NCBI RefSeq assembly: GCF_009914755.1
Contig: NC_060934.1
Source of the DNA: the human T2T-CHM13v2.0 reference genome, Homo sapiens
Reading direction: 5' to 3' (one strand)
DNA: 64,000 bases
Part shown: positions 43,087 to 57,875 of the stretch, in pieces
Layout of the letters: every line of letters starts with the position of its first letter
How positions within the stretch are numbered: the stretch's first letter is position 1
Notes under the pieces: model-generated
What the model saw: only the letters and a program-made list of their open reading frames with translations
The model's database searches: none
What the model was told of the DNA's origin: nothing
Program-made: the position numbers and the translations under genes

Positions 43087-43464
43087 TCATCTTTTTCTAT
43101 TTTGATGTGTAAATTCTAGTTCTATGTTCTTTTAGTTTTCTGCAAAAGAGTACATGGGGATATATTTATAAATGCATGCATATTCAAAAATTTTCTTCTG
43201 CCCTTACATGTAAATGATAATGTGAATTTCATTTAGGATTTTTGAATCATATTTTTGTACAATATTTTCATACCGTTCTTTATGTTGAAGGGGTTCCTGT
43301 AGCAGCCTGCATTTTCTTCTGCAGTACTTACCACAATCAGAAGTTACGCTCCATCAAGGCAGTGAGTATCAGGTTTATACACTGCTATATTCCCAATGCC
43401 TAGAAAAATGCCTGACATATGATAATACCTCAGTAAACATTTGTCAATAAATAAGTGAATGAGG

Positions 43465-43848
<384 letters not shown>

Positions 43849-43999
43849 CTACATTGTTTGCCTCTTGTGTTTCATAACAAAGTATCTGCCTCATAAAGAT
43901 GTTGCATACATTTTTGTAAGCCAGTGTATGTTTGCATAAGTGAAATTCAGTAAAATGCATTCCGGTAATACTCAAGTAGAAACTAATTATATATTCTTC

Positions 44000-44315
44000 T
44001 TCCTTCCTTTCCTTTTCCTTTTCCTTTTCTTTGTCTTACTCTTTCTGTTACCCAGGCTGGAGTGCGGTGGCCTGATCACAGCTCACTGCAGCCTTGACCC
44101 CACTAGGCTCAGGTAATTTTTCCACCTCAGCTTTCTGAGTAGCTGGGACTACAGGCACACACCACCATACCTGGCTAATTTTTATACTTTTTCTACAAAA
44201 ATACAAGGTTTTGCCATATTGCCCAGTCTGGTCTTCAACTCCTGAGCTCAAGTGATCCACCTGCCTTGGCCTCCAAAAGTGCTAGGACTACAGTTGTGAG
44301 CCACTGTGCCCAGCC
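44000..44315 (-). mobile_element. AluJ
   Basis: Alu consensus, (CCTTT)n tail. Confidence 0.9.
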
Positions 44316-44579
44316 TAATTACATATTCTTATTTCAAGACCTCTTTGAAGATAAACCTTTAGTGCTAAATAATCATTCAGTATCATATCCTCTCAGCTTC
44401 TAGGACCAAATATTTGGCTTATCTCAACAACATGTATTCAGAATGCCCAATTCAATCTTGTCTTTGCAGAAAAAATCATTTTCTCTTATACACGATCCCA
44501 AAATATGCAAGAAAATATACATATTTTTCTCTTCTCCCCCTTGTTTCATAAACTGGTGTTGAGTTTTTAATTTTTATTG

Positions 44580-45540
44580 ATGGTTTGGAATTTATAATGA
44601 AAATGAAAATGCTGATGAGGTCTTTGGCTGTAGTAACAAGAAGTACTACAGATGACTCAGAGAATAAAGCTGCCTCACATTACATTAAAACTCATCTCTT
44701 GGAAAATGGTGTAAATGGTTGACTGGAGATGAAGGTAATTTATCAATTTATGTGGTTGAGGCATATTACATCATCTTAACTTTCATAAAATTAAATCTGA
44801 ATATATAACAATTTGAAATACCTTAATGCTAAGCCTTATCATTTGGCGAAGCCCCTTTTATCAAATTGAAACTCTAAAATTACCTACCATCATTTATCCC
44901 AATGGTATAACATGTCAATGGCTTACAATGTATCATTTATTTTCATAATCCATCCTTCATGAAAAATATTACCTAAAGTGTTTACCATAAAAGTGAGTGA
45001 CACCTAAGGCAAAGAAAAATAACAAAAATAGAATTAAAGAGAAAGGACTCAGAGGATGGAAGACATTGATTTAGGAAGAATGAATGACGGAGTTATAGGA
45101 GCATCCTATAATGTTAAGTTGTTACATCTTGCTAAAGGCCAAGCTCATTCTGCATATGTGAAGAGTTGATTGCATTATTTACATAGATGTATCTTGGGAT
45201 TTGAACAAAGTTGTAAGTCAGTATAGAGGAAGTTGGGCATTCCAGGGTGAGCCTATTAGCGTCCTCCAGAGTAGAAATATTGGAATGGTCTCATACAGAA
45301 GAGATAGAATATAGGATAATTCGTCATTGATTACTTCCTCTGAATTAGGATATATTTATAATACTGTTTTTAAACCAGATAAAACTAGAGAAAATCTCAA
45401 GTAATTAGTCAATTTATTGTATTCCCCATCTTTCTTCTCTGAAACATTCCCTAGGTATACAGTAGTGTAAATATACATTTCAAAAGAGAGAGGTGCTACA
45501 GACCCTCTTTGCAACCTGTATGTGTATCCAATCCTCTTGT
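44580..45540 (+). pseudogene. Dynein stalk end and AAA5 start remnants
   Basis: VNG/LTGDE, then donor AAG|GTAATT at 44734 (cf. LVNGL.GEK); EE*MTEL*...ILLKAKLILHM*RVD (cf. RW...GD.LL.AAF.SY.GPF); SLLASSRVEILEW (cf. LL....EIREW); DNSSLITSS (cf. ENG.IV..S); DPL...PIL. Confidence 0.65.
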
Positions 45541-45664
45541 CTTCTTCTTCATTCTGTTTCAAGAGGATTACACTTTTAAAATGTCTTTTGAATTCCTGAT
45601 CGCCTTACCATTCCATTTCCACTGCCTTGTCACCTTTCACAAAGAGTACTGAGGTAGCTTCTTT

Positions 45665-46420
45665 AAAAAATATGTATAGTTTCAACTTTTATTTTAGAAT
45701 CAGTGGGTACATGTGCAGGTTTATTACATGGGTATGTTTCATGAAGTTGAGTCCGTTACCCAGGTAGTGAGAAAAATACACAATAGTTGGTTTTTCAACC
45801 CTTGTCCCCTTCTTCTCTCCTCCCTCTAGTATTTGCCAGGATCTATTTTTCCCATCTTTATGTCCATGTGTACCCAATGTTTAGCTCCCACTTATAAGTG
45901 AGAACATGCAGTATTTGATTTTCCATTTCTGTGTTAATTCACTTAGGATAATGGCCTCCAGTTGCATCCATGTTGCCACAAAGGACATAATGTCATTCTT
46001 TTTTATGGCTACATAGTATTCCATGGCGTATATGTACCACATTTTCTTTATCCAATCCACCATTGATGGACACCTAGGTTGATTCCACGTTTTTGCTATT
46101 GTGAATAGTGCTGTGATTAGCATACAAGTGCATGTCTCTTTTGTGTAAAATTATTTATTGTCCTTTGGGTATATACCCAGTCATGAGATTGCTGGGTCAA
46201 ATGGTAGTTCTATTTTAAATTCTTTGAGAAATCTCCAAATTGCTTTCCACAGTGGCTGAACTAGTTTACATTCCTACGAACAGTATATAAGTATTCCCTT
46301 TTCTCTGCAGCCTTGCCAACATCTGTTATTTTTTGACTTTGTAATAATAGCCATTCTGATTGGTGTGAGATGGCATCTTATTGTGGTTTTGATTTGCATT
46401 TCTTTGATGTTGACATAATC
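45665..46420 (-). mobile_element. L1PB 3' end
   Basis: ORF2 end WNQPRCPSMVDWIKKMW; L1PB-type UTR. Confidence 0.9.
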
Positions 46421-46498
46421 ACCAAAAACGTAAACATTTCAGTTGCTATTGGTTACATGTTACGTTTTCTGTTGTTTTTATTGTTGTGTAGTTCCTCC

Positions 46499-49400
46499 TG
46501 AGCTGGTTCGGCTCTGTGTCCCCACCCAAGTCTCTCACCTTGAATTGTAATAATCCCCTTGTGTTCTTGGAGGAACCCCGTGGGAGGTAATTGAATCATG
46601 GGGAGGGGGTTTCTTCCCATGCTGTTCTCATGATAGTGAGTAAGTCTCATGAGATCTGATGGTTTTAAAAAGGGGAGTTCTCCTACACATGCCCTCTTGC
46701 CTGCTGCCATGTAAGATGTGGTTTTTGCCTTACACCATGACTGCGAGGCCTCCCCAGCCATGTGGAACTGTGAATCAATTAAACCTCTTTTCTTTACACA
46801 TTACCCACTCTCGGGTATGTCTTCATTAGCAACATGGGAACAGATTAATACAGTAAATTGGTACTGGGTAGTGGAGTGCTGCTGTAAAGACATCAGAAAA
46901 TGTGGAAGCTACTTTGGAACTGGGTAACAGGCAGAGGTTGGAACAGCTTCGAGGACTCAGAAGAAGACAGAAAAGTATGGGAAAGTTTGGAACTTGCTAG
47001 AGGCTTGTTGATGGCTTTGACCAAAATGCTGAAGTGATATGGACAATAAAGTACAGGCTGAGGTGGTCTCAGATGGAGATGAGGGGTTTGTTAGGAATTG
47101 AAGCAAAGGTGACTCTTGTTATGCTTTAGCAAGGAGACTGGTGGCATTTTGCCCCTGCCCTAGAGATTTGTGGAACTTTGAACTTGAGAGAGATGATTTA
47201 GGGCATCTGGTGGAAGAAAGTTCTAAGCAGCAAAGCATTCAAGAGGTGACCTGGGTGCTGTTAAAAGCATTCAGTTTTATTTATTCACAAAGATATGGCT
47301 TGGAATTGTAAGTTATGTTTAAAAGGAAAGCAGGGCATAAAAGTTTGGAAAATTTGCAGCTTGATGATGTGATAGAAAAGAAAAACTCATTTTCTGAGGA
47401 GAAATTCAAGCCAGCTGCAGAAATGTGCAAGTAACAAGGAGCCAAATGTTAATACCCAAGACAATGGGGAAAAGTCTCTAGGGCATGTCAGAGACCTTCC
47501 TGGAAGCCTCTCCCATCACAGGACTGGAGACCTAGGAGGAAAAAATGGTTTCCTGGGCCAGGTCCAGGGCTCCATTGCTGTGAGGAACCTAGGGACTTGG
47601 TGACCTACATCCTAGCTGCTCCAGCCATGGCTAAAAGGGGCCAAGGTAGAGCTCGGGTTGTGGTTTCAGAGGGTGCAGCTTGGCAGCTTCCACATGGTGT
47701 TGAGCCTGTGGGTGCACAGAAGTCAAGAACCAAGGTTTGGAAACTTCTGTCTCAATTTCATTGGATGTATGGAAATGCCTGAATGTCCAAGAAGAAGTTT
47801 GCTGTAGGGGCAGGGCCTTCATGGAGAACCTCTGCTATGGCAGTGCAGAAGGGGAATGTGGAGTTGGAGCCTGCACACTGAGTCCCCAATGGGGTGCTGC
47901 CTAGTGGAGCTGTGAGAAGAGGGGCACTGTTCTCCAGACCCCAGAATGGTAGATACACTAACAGCTTGTGCTGTACACCTAGAAAAGACACTCAATGCCA
48001 GCCCATGAAAGCAGCCAGGAGAGGGGCTGTACCCTGCAAAGCCAAAGGGGTGGAGCTGCCCAAGGCTATGGGCGCCCAGTTCTTGCATCAGGATGTGAGA
48101 CATGGAGTCAAAGAAGATCATTTCAGAGTGTTAAGATTTGGCTGCCCCGCTGGATTTTGGACTTGCATAGGCCCTGTAACCTCTTTGTTTTGGCCAATTT
48201 CTCCCATGTGGAATGGGTATATTTATGCAATGCCTATACCCCCATTATATCTAGGATGTAACTAATTTGCTTTTGATTTTACAGACTCATAAGTGGAAGG
48301 GACTTGCCTTGTTTCAGATGAAATTTTGGGCTTGGACTTTTGGGTTGATGCTGAAATGAGTTCAGTTTTTTGAGGATTGTTGAAAGCGCATGATTGTGTT
48401 TTTGAAATGTGAGGACATGAGATTTGAGAGGGGCCAGGGGTGGAATGATTGTAGGGAAAAGAAAGAGAGATCAGACTGTTCCTGTGTCTATGTAGAAAAG
48501 GAAGACATAAGAAACTCATTTTGATCTGTACCCTGAACAATTGTTTTGCCTTGAGATGCTGTTAATCTGTAACTTTAGCCCCAAGCCTGTGCTCACAGAA
48601 ACATGTGTTGTATGGAATCAAGGTGTAAGGGATCTAGGGCTGTGCAGAATGTGCCTTGTTAACAATATGTTTACAGGCAGTATGCTGGTAAAAGTCATTG
48701 CCATTCTCCATTCTCGATTAACCAGGGGCACAATGCACTGCGGAAAGCCTCAGGGGCCTCTGCCCAAGAAAGCCTGGGTATTGTCCAAGGTTTCCCCCAA
48801 CTGAGGAAGCCTGAGATACGGCCTCGTGGGAAGGGAAAGACCTGACTGTCCCCCAGCCTGACACCCATAAAGGGTCTGTGCTGAGGAAGATTAGTAAAAG
48901 AAGAAGGCCTCTTGTGGTTGAGATAAGAGGAAGGCCTCTGTCTCCTGCATGCCCCTGGGAATGGAATGTCTCAGTGTAAAACCCAATCATACATTCATTC
49001 TATTCTGAGATAGGAGAAAACTGCCCTGTGGCTGGAGATGAAATATGCTGGCGGCAATGCTGCTCTGTTACTCTTTACTACACCGAGATGTTTGGGTGGA
49101 GAGAAGCATAAATCTGGCCTACATGCACATCCAGGCATAGTACCTTCCCTTGAACTTATTTGTGACACAGTTTCCTTTGCTCACAGGTTTTCCTGCTGAC
49201 CTTCTCCCCACTATCACCCCGTTCTCCTGCCACATTCTCCTTGCTGTGATAATGAAAATAGTAATCAATAAATACTAAAGGAACTCAGAGACCGGTGCCG
49301 ATGCAGGTCCTCTGTATGTGGAGCGCTGGTCTCCTTGGCCCACTGTTCTTTTGCTATACTTTGTCTCTGTGTTTTATTTATTTTCTCAGTCTCCCCATCC

Positions 49401-49801
49401 CACCTGACGAGAAATACCCACAGCTGTGGAGGGGCTGGCCCCCTTCAGATGATATGGTTTGGCTCTGTATGCCCACCCAAGTCTCACCTTGAATTATAAT
49501 AATCCCCACGTGGGATCAATTGTGGGACCAGGTGGAGGTAATTGAATCATGAGGGTGTCTTCTTTCCATGCTGTTCTTATGATAGTGAATAAGTCTTACA
49601 AGTTCTGATGGTTTTATAAAGGGGAGTTCCCCTACACAGGACCTCTTGCCTGCCACCATGTAAGACGTGCCTTTAGCCTTCCACCATGATTGTGAGGCCT
49701 CCCCAGCCATGTGCAACTGTGAGTCAATTAAACCTCTTTCCTTTATACATTACCTAGTATCGGGTATGTCTTCATTAGCAGTGTAAGAACAGACTAATAT
49801 G
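46499..49801 (+). mobile_element. THE1C/D MaLR provirus: 5' LTR 46499-46852, internal 46853-48445, 3' LTR ~49450-49801
   Basis: Two homologous LTRs; GTAAATTGGTAC internal start; PPT GAGGGGCCAGGGGTGGAA. Confidence 0.92.
48450..49447 (+). mobile_element. HERV-K (HML-2) solo LTR, LTR5A/LTR5B type, 998 bp
   Basis: TGTAGGGAAAAGAAAGAGAGATCAGACTGT ... GGCCCCCTTCA; 6-bp TSD AATGAT/GATGAT. Confidence 0.93.
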
Positions 49802-49810
49802 CTGCTTCTA

Positions 49811-50030
49811 CAGTTTATTGAATTTAACTTTTAAATCAAGTTGTGATTTTATTGTTGTTGTTGTCTTTGAGTCTTGCCATCCAAATCAAAACTGGGCTAA
49901 TTTGTGGAAATAATATCTATTGGGTTAAGGAGAGAATTGTTAGATGCAGCCTAAAAGAAAGAATTTAGTGTTCACTGTATCTATCATGAAAGGCTCTTTC
50001 TATTTGTTTTCTATTATAAAGTAATATGCT
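49811..50030 (+). pseudogene. Dynein AAA5 C-terminal remnant
   Basis: One frame gives QFIEFNF*IKL*F...VLPSKSKLG*FVEIISIGLRRELLDAA*KKE (cf. EIEYNPNFKLYL...YLPE..TKVTLINFTIT..GLEDQLL..VVKKE). Confidence 0.75.
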
Positions 50031-50199
50031 GTATTTCATGGCAAAGGCTTTAAATTGAAAACTCCAAGGCTTAAAATTTAAGCCTTGCATTTGGAAATAG
50101 ACAACTAGCTCTACAGAAGTAGTTTTGTTTTGTTTTTGTTTGTGTTTTTTTGCAGTGGGGGGCTGGTATTTGGGGGCAGGGAGAGGGGAAAAAGTCCAT

Positions 50200-50375
50200 T
50201 TGCTGGTACTGAGTGACTTTGGGCAAGTTACTTGCCCTCTGTAAGCCTCAATTTCCTCATCTATAAAATGGGATATTAGCTTTCTTGTAGGATTGTTGGG
50301 AGAATTAAATGAGATAAGGAATATCTGTAAAGCAGTTAACATGAAACAGGCCCTCAATAAATGGAAACTAATTTT
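50200..50375 (+). mobile_element. MIR
   Basis: GGGCAAGTTACTTGCCCTCTGTAAGCCTCAATTTCCTCATCTATAAAATGGG. Confidence 0.9.
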
Positions 50376-50524
50376 ATTGTTTGTAATAGAAAACAACAAT
50401 GTGTCAGCTTCTAGTAATAACTTTAAAATATTCTATGCATACTATATAGCAAAGGCAGTTTTACTTCTAATCACAGAACATATAACACTAAGTATAGTTC
50501 TAATACTTAAGAAGCAAAATAACA

Positions 50525-51345
50525 CCAGGGCAGTAACAAATGCTGGAGAGGAGGTAGAGAAAAGGAAACCCTCATATGTTGTTGATGAGAATGTAAATTA
50601 GTACAACCACTATGGAGAAGAGTTTGGAGGTTTCTCATAAAAGTAAAAATAGAGTTACCATATGACCTAACAATCTACTGGGTATATACTCAAAAGAAAG
50701 GAAATCAGTATATAGAAAATATATTTGCACTCCCATGTTTGTTGCAGCACTATTCACAACAGCCAAAATTTGGAAGCAACCTAAGTGTCCATTCACAGAT
50801 GAATGGATAAAGAAAATGTGGCACTTATCTGCAATGGATTACTATTCAGCCATAAAAAAGAATGAGATCTTGTCATTTGCAATAACATGGATGGAACCGG
50901 AGGTCATTATGTTAAATGAAATAAGCCAGGCACAGAAAGACAAACATCACATGTTCTCACTTATTTTTGGATCTAGAAATCAAAACAATTGAAAACATGA
51001 AAATAGAGAGTAGAAGGATGGCTACCAGAGGCTGGGTAGTGTAATAGGGGTGGGGCGGGTAGGGAGGTGAGGATGGTTAATGGGTACAAAAAAAATAGTT
51101 GGAAAGAATGAATAAAGCCGAGTATTTCATAGCACAACAGGGTGACTATAGTCAATAATAATTTAATTGTACTTTCTAAAATAACTAAGAGTATAATGGG
51201 ACTCTTTGTGACACAAAGAATAAATGCTTGAGGTGATGAATACTCCATTCTCCGTAATGTGATTATTACATATTGAATACCTGTATCAACATATTACATG
51301 TACCCCATAAATATATACACCTATAATATACCCTCAAAAATTAAT
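50525..51345 (+). mobile_element. L1MA 3' end
   Basis: [17 protein letters not shown]; L1MA UTR. Confidence 0.9.
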
Positions 51346-51635
51346 TTTTTTTTTTTGAGATGGAGTCTTGCTGTCACCCAGGCTGGAGTGCAGTGGTGCG
51401 ATCGCAACTCACTGTAACCTCCGCCTCCCAAGTTCAAGAGATTCTCCTGCCTCAGCCTTCTGAGTAGCTGAGATTACAGGCACGTGCCACCACACCCAGC
51501 TAATTTTTGTATTTTTAGTAGACATGGGGTTTCATTATGTTAGTCAGGCTGGTCTTGAACTCCTGACCTCGTGATCTGCCCACCTCGGCCTCCCAAAGTG
51601 CTGGGATTACAGGCATGAGCCACTGTACCCGGCCA
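51345..51635 (-). mobile_element. AluS
   Basis: Alu consensus. Confidence 0.9.
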
Positions 51636-51679
51636 AAAATCTTAAAAAATACCAGGGGACATATCAGCATAGCTGAGCC

Positions 51680-52110
51680 ACTCTGACTTTTTATCAGTTT
51701 CCGGAAGACACCCATCTCCTTCTTACCTCTAGGCCTGTGTATTTCCATTCCCTTCAGCCTGGAAAGCTCTTATCCAAGCTATTTACATGGCTGGCTTCTT
51801 ATTCTTTAGTTGTTAGCTTAATGTCAACTCCTTACAGACACCCTACCTGATTATCTTAGCTCAATTAGGCCGTTCCTTGCTCTAGTCACTATTATAGCAT
51901 CCTATATATTTCCTTCAGAGAGGTTGTCACAACCTGAATTACCTTATTTTTTTGTTCATGTTTACTTGCTTACTATCAGTCTCTCCCATTAAGCTCCAAT
52001 GACATGGTCAAGGACCACATCTACTTGTGGCCCATTGAAGACCCCTTGCCTAACACAGTGTCTGGTACATGTTGAATTGTCAGTAAATATTTGTTGAAAC
52101 AATTGGTTAA
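51680..52110 (+). mobile_element. L2 3' fragment
   Basis: CCTAACACAGTGTCTGGTACA...AGTAAATATTTGTTGAA. Confidence 0.75.
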
Positions 52111-55100
52111 TAAATACTGTTCCTGAAAGCCTCTCTGCCACTGTCTCTGCAGTAGAACTGCCCTTGCTACCCTCAGACTAATGAAGAAGAGAAGACCCTA
52201 AGTACCTTATTTATACCTCCAACAAGCTGCAATCAACCCAAGAAGAGGAGGCCAGTCCGTCTCCCATGGTTCCCACACCCCCAACCCCCACTCATCACCA
52301 GAGAGAACCCCTGGCTTGAGCCCACAGCACAGACCCTTCATCCTGGGGTGATTGCACTGAGGAATTGCTGACCTACATCTCTCTGGTGTGGAGCTCCCAG
52401 GATACAAGCAAAAGACCCCTGACCACAACCACTACTAAGGTCCTTTCCTCTGTTGCCGCCAAGTTGAGGAAGGAACGTAAACACTGACATTGCCCCAGAG
52501 CTGCAGTGGGCAGCCAGGAGTGTCAAACCACAATCTACAGCCATACAGCTGGCACTCAAGGGGGAGAGGAACCCACACTTTCAGAGCATCGAGAGTGAAC
52601 ACAGCTGTAACTATGAGAAAACATAGAGGAGCCACACAACTGAGCAAGAGTCTACCAGTTGACCAATAAGCCTAAGTGCCACCTACTGGATCACACCCCA
52701 AAGCTTCAACACCAAGAATACCTCACTAACATACTCACCTCTGAAACTAGAGACAAGAAGTCAGCTTCAAAAAAAGACCCTGCACAAGGCCTCAGCCTAG
52801 TGAAAACAGCCAGAAGTCTATTGACTGTACTCAATCTATATGGCAGTTAAAGGAACACCCACACATGGAGATGAGAAAGAACTAACGCAAGAACTCCAAA
52901 AATTAAAATGGCCAGAGTGTCATATGTGCTCCAAATGGCCATACAAATTCTCTAACAAGAGTGCTTATCCAGGCTGAGCTGGCTGAAATGACAGAAACAG
53001 AATTTAGGATATGTATAGGAATGAAGATCATTGAGATTCAGGAGGACAGCAAAACCCAATCCAAAGAAACTACAAATCACAATAAAGTGATACAGGAGCT
53101 GAAAGACAAAATAGCCAGTATAATAAAGAACCTAATGGGTCCGACATAGCTGAATAACACAGTACAAGAATTTCACAATGCAATCACAAGTATTAACAGT
53201 AGAATAAACCAAGCTGAGGAAAGAATCTCAGAACTCGAAAACTGGCTTTCTGAAATAAGACAGTCAGACAAAAATAAAGAAAAAAGAATAAAAAGGAATG
53301 AACAAAACCTCCAAGAAGTAGGGGATTATGTAAAGAAGCCAAATCTACAAATCACTGGCATCCCTGAAAGGAAGGGGGAGAAAGCAAACAGTTTGGAAAA
53401 CATATTTCAATATATTGTCCATGAAAACTTCCACAACCTTGCTAGAGAGGACAACAGTCAAATACAGGAAATACAGACAACTCCTGCAAGATTCTACACA
53501 GGAAGATCATCCCCAAGACACATAATTGTCAGATTTTCCAAGGTAAAAATGAAAGAAAGAATGTTAAAGGCAGCCAGAAAGAAAAGGCAGGTTACCTGCA
53601 AAGGAAATCCCATCAGGCTAACAGTGGACCTCTCAGCTGAAACCCTATAAGCCAAAAGAGATTGGGGGCCTATATTCAACATTCTTACAGAAAACAATCT
53701 TCAACCAATAATTTTATATGCAGCCAAACTAAGCTTCCCAAGCAAAGGAAAAATAAGATTCTTTTCAGATAAGCAAATGTTGAAGGAATTCTTTACTACC
53801 AGACCTGCCTTACAAGAGATCTCAAAAGAAGCACTAAATATAGAAAGAAAAGATCACTACGAGCTAATACAAAAACACACTTAAACACACAGAATAGTGT
53901 CACTGTAAAGCAACCACACAAACAAACCAACATAATAATCAGCTAACAACACAATGACAGGATCAAATCCACACCCAACAATGGTAACTTTGAATGTAAA
54001 TGGGCTAAATGCTCAACTTAAAAGGCACAGAATGACAAGATGGATAAAAAAGCAAGTCCCAATGGTATGCTGTCTTTAAGAGACCCATCTCACACATAAT
54101 GACACCAAAAGGCTCAAAATAAAGGCATGGAGGAAAATCTACCAAGCAAATGGAAAACAGAAAAAAGCTGAGGTTGCAATCTTAATTTCAGACAAAACAA
54201 ACTTCAAAACAACAAAGATCAAAAAAGACAAAGAAGGGCATTACATAATGGTAAAGGGTACGATTCAACAACAAGATCCAACTATCCTAAATGTATATGC
54301 ACCGAACACAGGGGCACCCAGATTCATGAAGCAAGTTCTTAGAGACCTACAAACAGGCATAGACTCCCACACATTAATAGTGGGAGACTTCAACACTCCA
54401 CTGACAATATTAGACACATAATTGAGGCAGAAAATTAACAAAGATACTCAGGACCTGAACTCAACATTGGACCAAATGGATCTGATAGACCTCTTCAGAG
54501 CTCTCTACTCAAAAACAGCAGAATATACATTCTTCCCATCGCCACATGGCATCTACTCGAAAGGCAACTACTTAATTGGACGTAAAACAATCCTCAGCAA
54601 ATGTAAAATAACTGAAATAATACGAAACACACTCTCTGACCGCAGCGCAATAAAAATAGAAGTCAAAGACCAAGAAAATCTTCAAAATCAGGCAATGACA
54701 TGAAAACTAAACACGCTCCAGAATGGCTTTTGGGTAAATAATGAAGTTAAGGCAGAAATCAAGAAGTTCTTTGAATCTAATGAGAACAAAAATATAACAT
54801 ACCAGAATCTCTAGGACATAGCTAAGGCAGTGTTAAAAGGGAAATTCATCGCATGAAATGCCCACATCAAAAAGTTAGAAAGATCTCAAATTAACAACTT
54901 AACGTAACAGATGAAGGAATTAGAGAGGCAAGAACAAATCAACCACAAAGCTAGCAGAAAACAAGAAATAACCAAAATCAGAGCTGAAATGAAGGAATCT
55001 GAGACACGAGAAACCATTCAAAAGATCAACAAATCCAGGAGTTGGTTCTTTTAAAAAATTAATAAGATAGATAGGCTACTAGCTAGACTAATAAAGAAGA

Positions 55101-56069
55101 AAAGAGAGAAGATCCAAATAAACACAACTGGAAATGACGAAGGGAATGTTACCACTGACCCCACAGAAATAAAAATAACCACTAGAAACCACTATGCACT
55201 CAAACTAGAAAACCTAGAAGAGATGGATAAATTCCTGGACACATACACCCTCCCAAGACTGAACCAGGAAGAAACTGATCCCCTGAATAGACCAATAATG
55301 ATCTCCAAAAGTAAGTCAGTAATAAATAGCCTACCAACCAAAATAAAGCTCAGGACCTCATGGATTCACAGCTGAATTTTACTATATGTACAAAGAAGAG
55401 CTGGTACCATTTCTATAAAAACTATTCCAAAAAACTGGGGAGGAAGGACTCCTCCCCAGCTCATTCTACGAAGCCACCATCATTCTGATACAAAAACTTG
55501 GCAGAGACACAACAAAAAAGAAAACATCAGGCCAATATCCTTGATGAACATCAATGCAAAAATCCTCAGCAAAATAATTTCAAACTGAATCCAGCAGCAC
55601 ATCAAAAAGCTAATCCACCATGATCAAATAGACTTCATTCCTGGGATGCAAGGTTGGTTCAACATACGCAAATCAATAAATGTGATTCATCACATAAACA
55701 GAACTAAAGACAGAAACCACATAATTATCTCAATAGATGCCGAAAACGCTTTAGATAAAATTCAACACCCCTTCATGTTAAAAACTCTCAATAAACTAGG
55801 TATTGAAGGAACATACCTCAAAATAATAAGAGCCATGTTTGACAAACCCACAGTCAACATCATACTGAATGGGAAAAGCTGGAAGCATTCCCCTTGAAAA
55901 CTGGCACAAGACAAGGATGCCTTCTCTCACCACTCCTATTCAACATAGTATTGGAAGTTCTAGACAGAACAGTCAGGCAAGAAATAGAAATAAAGGGCAT
56001 CCAAATAGGAAGAAAGGAAGTCAAACTATCTCTCTTTGCAGATGACATTATTCTATATCTAGAAAACCT

Positions 56070-56372
56070 CTTTTTTTTTTTTTTTTTTGAGACAGAGTCT
56101 CACTCTTGTTGCCCATGTTGGAGTGCAGTGGCATGATCTCGGCTCACCACAACCTCCGCCTCCTGGGTTCAAGTGATTCTCCTGCCTCAGCCTCCCAGAG
56201 CAGCTGGGATTAGTGATATACACCACCACACCTGGCTAATTTTGCATTTTTCAATAGAGACAGGGTTTCTCCATGTTGGTCAGGCTAGTCTTGAATTCCT
56301 GACCTCAGGTGATCCACCCACCTCAACCTCCCAAAGTGCTGGGATTACAGGCATGAGCCACAACACTTGGCC
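56070..56372 (-). mobile_element. AluSp-like in L1 ORF2
   Basis: TSD TATATCTA(G/A)AAAACCT. Confidence 0.93.
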
Positions 56373-57875
56373 TATATCTAAAAAACCTTATAGTCTTGGC
56401 CCAAAATTTCCTTCAGCTGATAAACAACTTCAGCAAAGTTTCAACATACAAAATCAACGTACAAAAAACACTAGTATTCCTATACACCAACAACAGCCAA
56501 GACAAGAGTTAAATCAGAAAGGCAATCCCATTGACAGAAAGAATCAAATATCTAGGAATATAGCTAACTAGGGAGGTGAAAGACCTCTACAATGAGAATT
56601 ACAAAGCACTGCTCAAAAATATCAGAGAAGACACAAACAAATGGAAAAACATTCCATGCTCATGGATAGGAAAAATCAGTATTATTAAAATTGCCATACT
56701 GCCCAAAGAACTTACAGATTCAATGCTATTCCTACTAAAGTGCCAACAACCTTTTTCATGGAACTAGAAAAATCTATTTTAAAATTTATATAGAACCAAA
56801 AAGAGCTCAAATAGTCAAGGCAATCCTAAGCAAAAATAACAAAGCTGGAGGCATCATGTTACCTGACTTCAAACTATACTACAGGGCTACAGTAACCAAA
56901 ACAGCATGGTAATGGTACAAAACCAGGCACATAGACCAATAGAACAGAATAGAGAGCCCAGAAATAAGGCCACACACCTACAATAATCTGATCTTCAACA
57001 AAGCTGGCAAAAACAAGCAATGGGGAAAAGACTCCCTGTTCAATAAATGGTGCTGGGGTGACTAAGCAGCCACATGCAAAAGATTGAAGCTGGACCCCTT
57101 CTTTATACCATTTACAAAAATAAACTCAAGATGGACTAAAGACTTAAATGTAAAACCCAAAACTATAAAAACTCTGGAAGACAACCTAGGCAATACCATC
57201 TTGGACACAGAAACAGACAAAGATTTCATGACAAAGACACCAAAAGCAATTGCAAGAAAAGCAAAAATTGACAAGAGGGATCTAATTACTCTTAAGAGCT
57301 TCTGCATAGCAAAAGAAATTATCAACAGAGTAAAGAGACAACCTACAGAATGGGAGACAATTTTCAAACTGTGCATCTGACAAAGGTCTAATATCCAGCA
57401 TCTATAAGAAACTTAAACAATATTACAAGAGAAAAACAACCCCATAGAAAGTGGGCAAAGGACCCCTTAGAAAGTGGGCAAAGAACATAAACAGACACTT
57501 TTCAAAAGAAGGCATACATGTGGCCAAGAAGCACATGAACAAAAGCTCAATATTACTGATCATTAGAGAAATGCAAATCAAAACCACTATGAAGATACCG
57601 TCTCACACCAGTCAGAATGGCTATTACTAAACAGTCAAAAAAAAAAAAAAAAAAAGAAAACCAGATGCTGGTGGTGAGGTTACAGAGAAATGAGAACATT
57701 TATATGCTGTTGGTAGGAGTGCAAATTAGTTCAACCATTGTGGAAAGCAGTGTGGTGATTCCTCAAAGAGCTAAAAGCAGAACTACCATTTGACCCAGCA
57801 ATCCCATTACTGGGTATATACCCTGAAGAATATAAATCATTCTACCATAAAGACACATGCATGCAAATGTTCATC

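Noticed and set aside
57440-57485. About 23-bp tandem duplication in L1 (also a short duplication at 63122-63162)
   Set aside because: Ordinary slippage duplications.
52870-57800. L1 ORF1/ORF2 as active genes
   Set aside because: Multiple stops and frameshifts plus an Alu insertion; not retrotransposition-competent.
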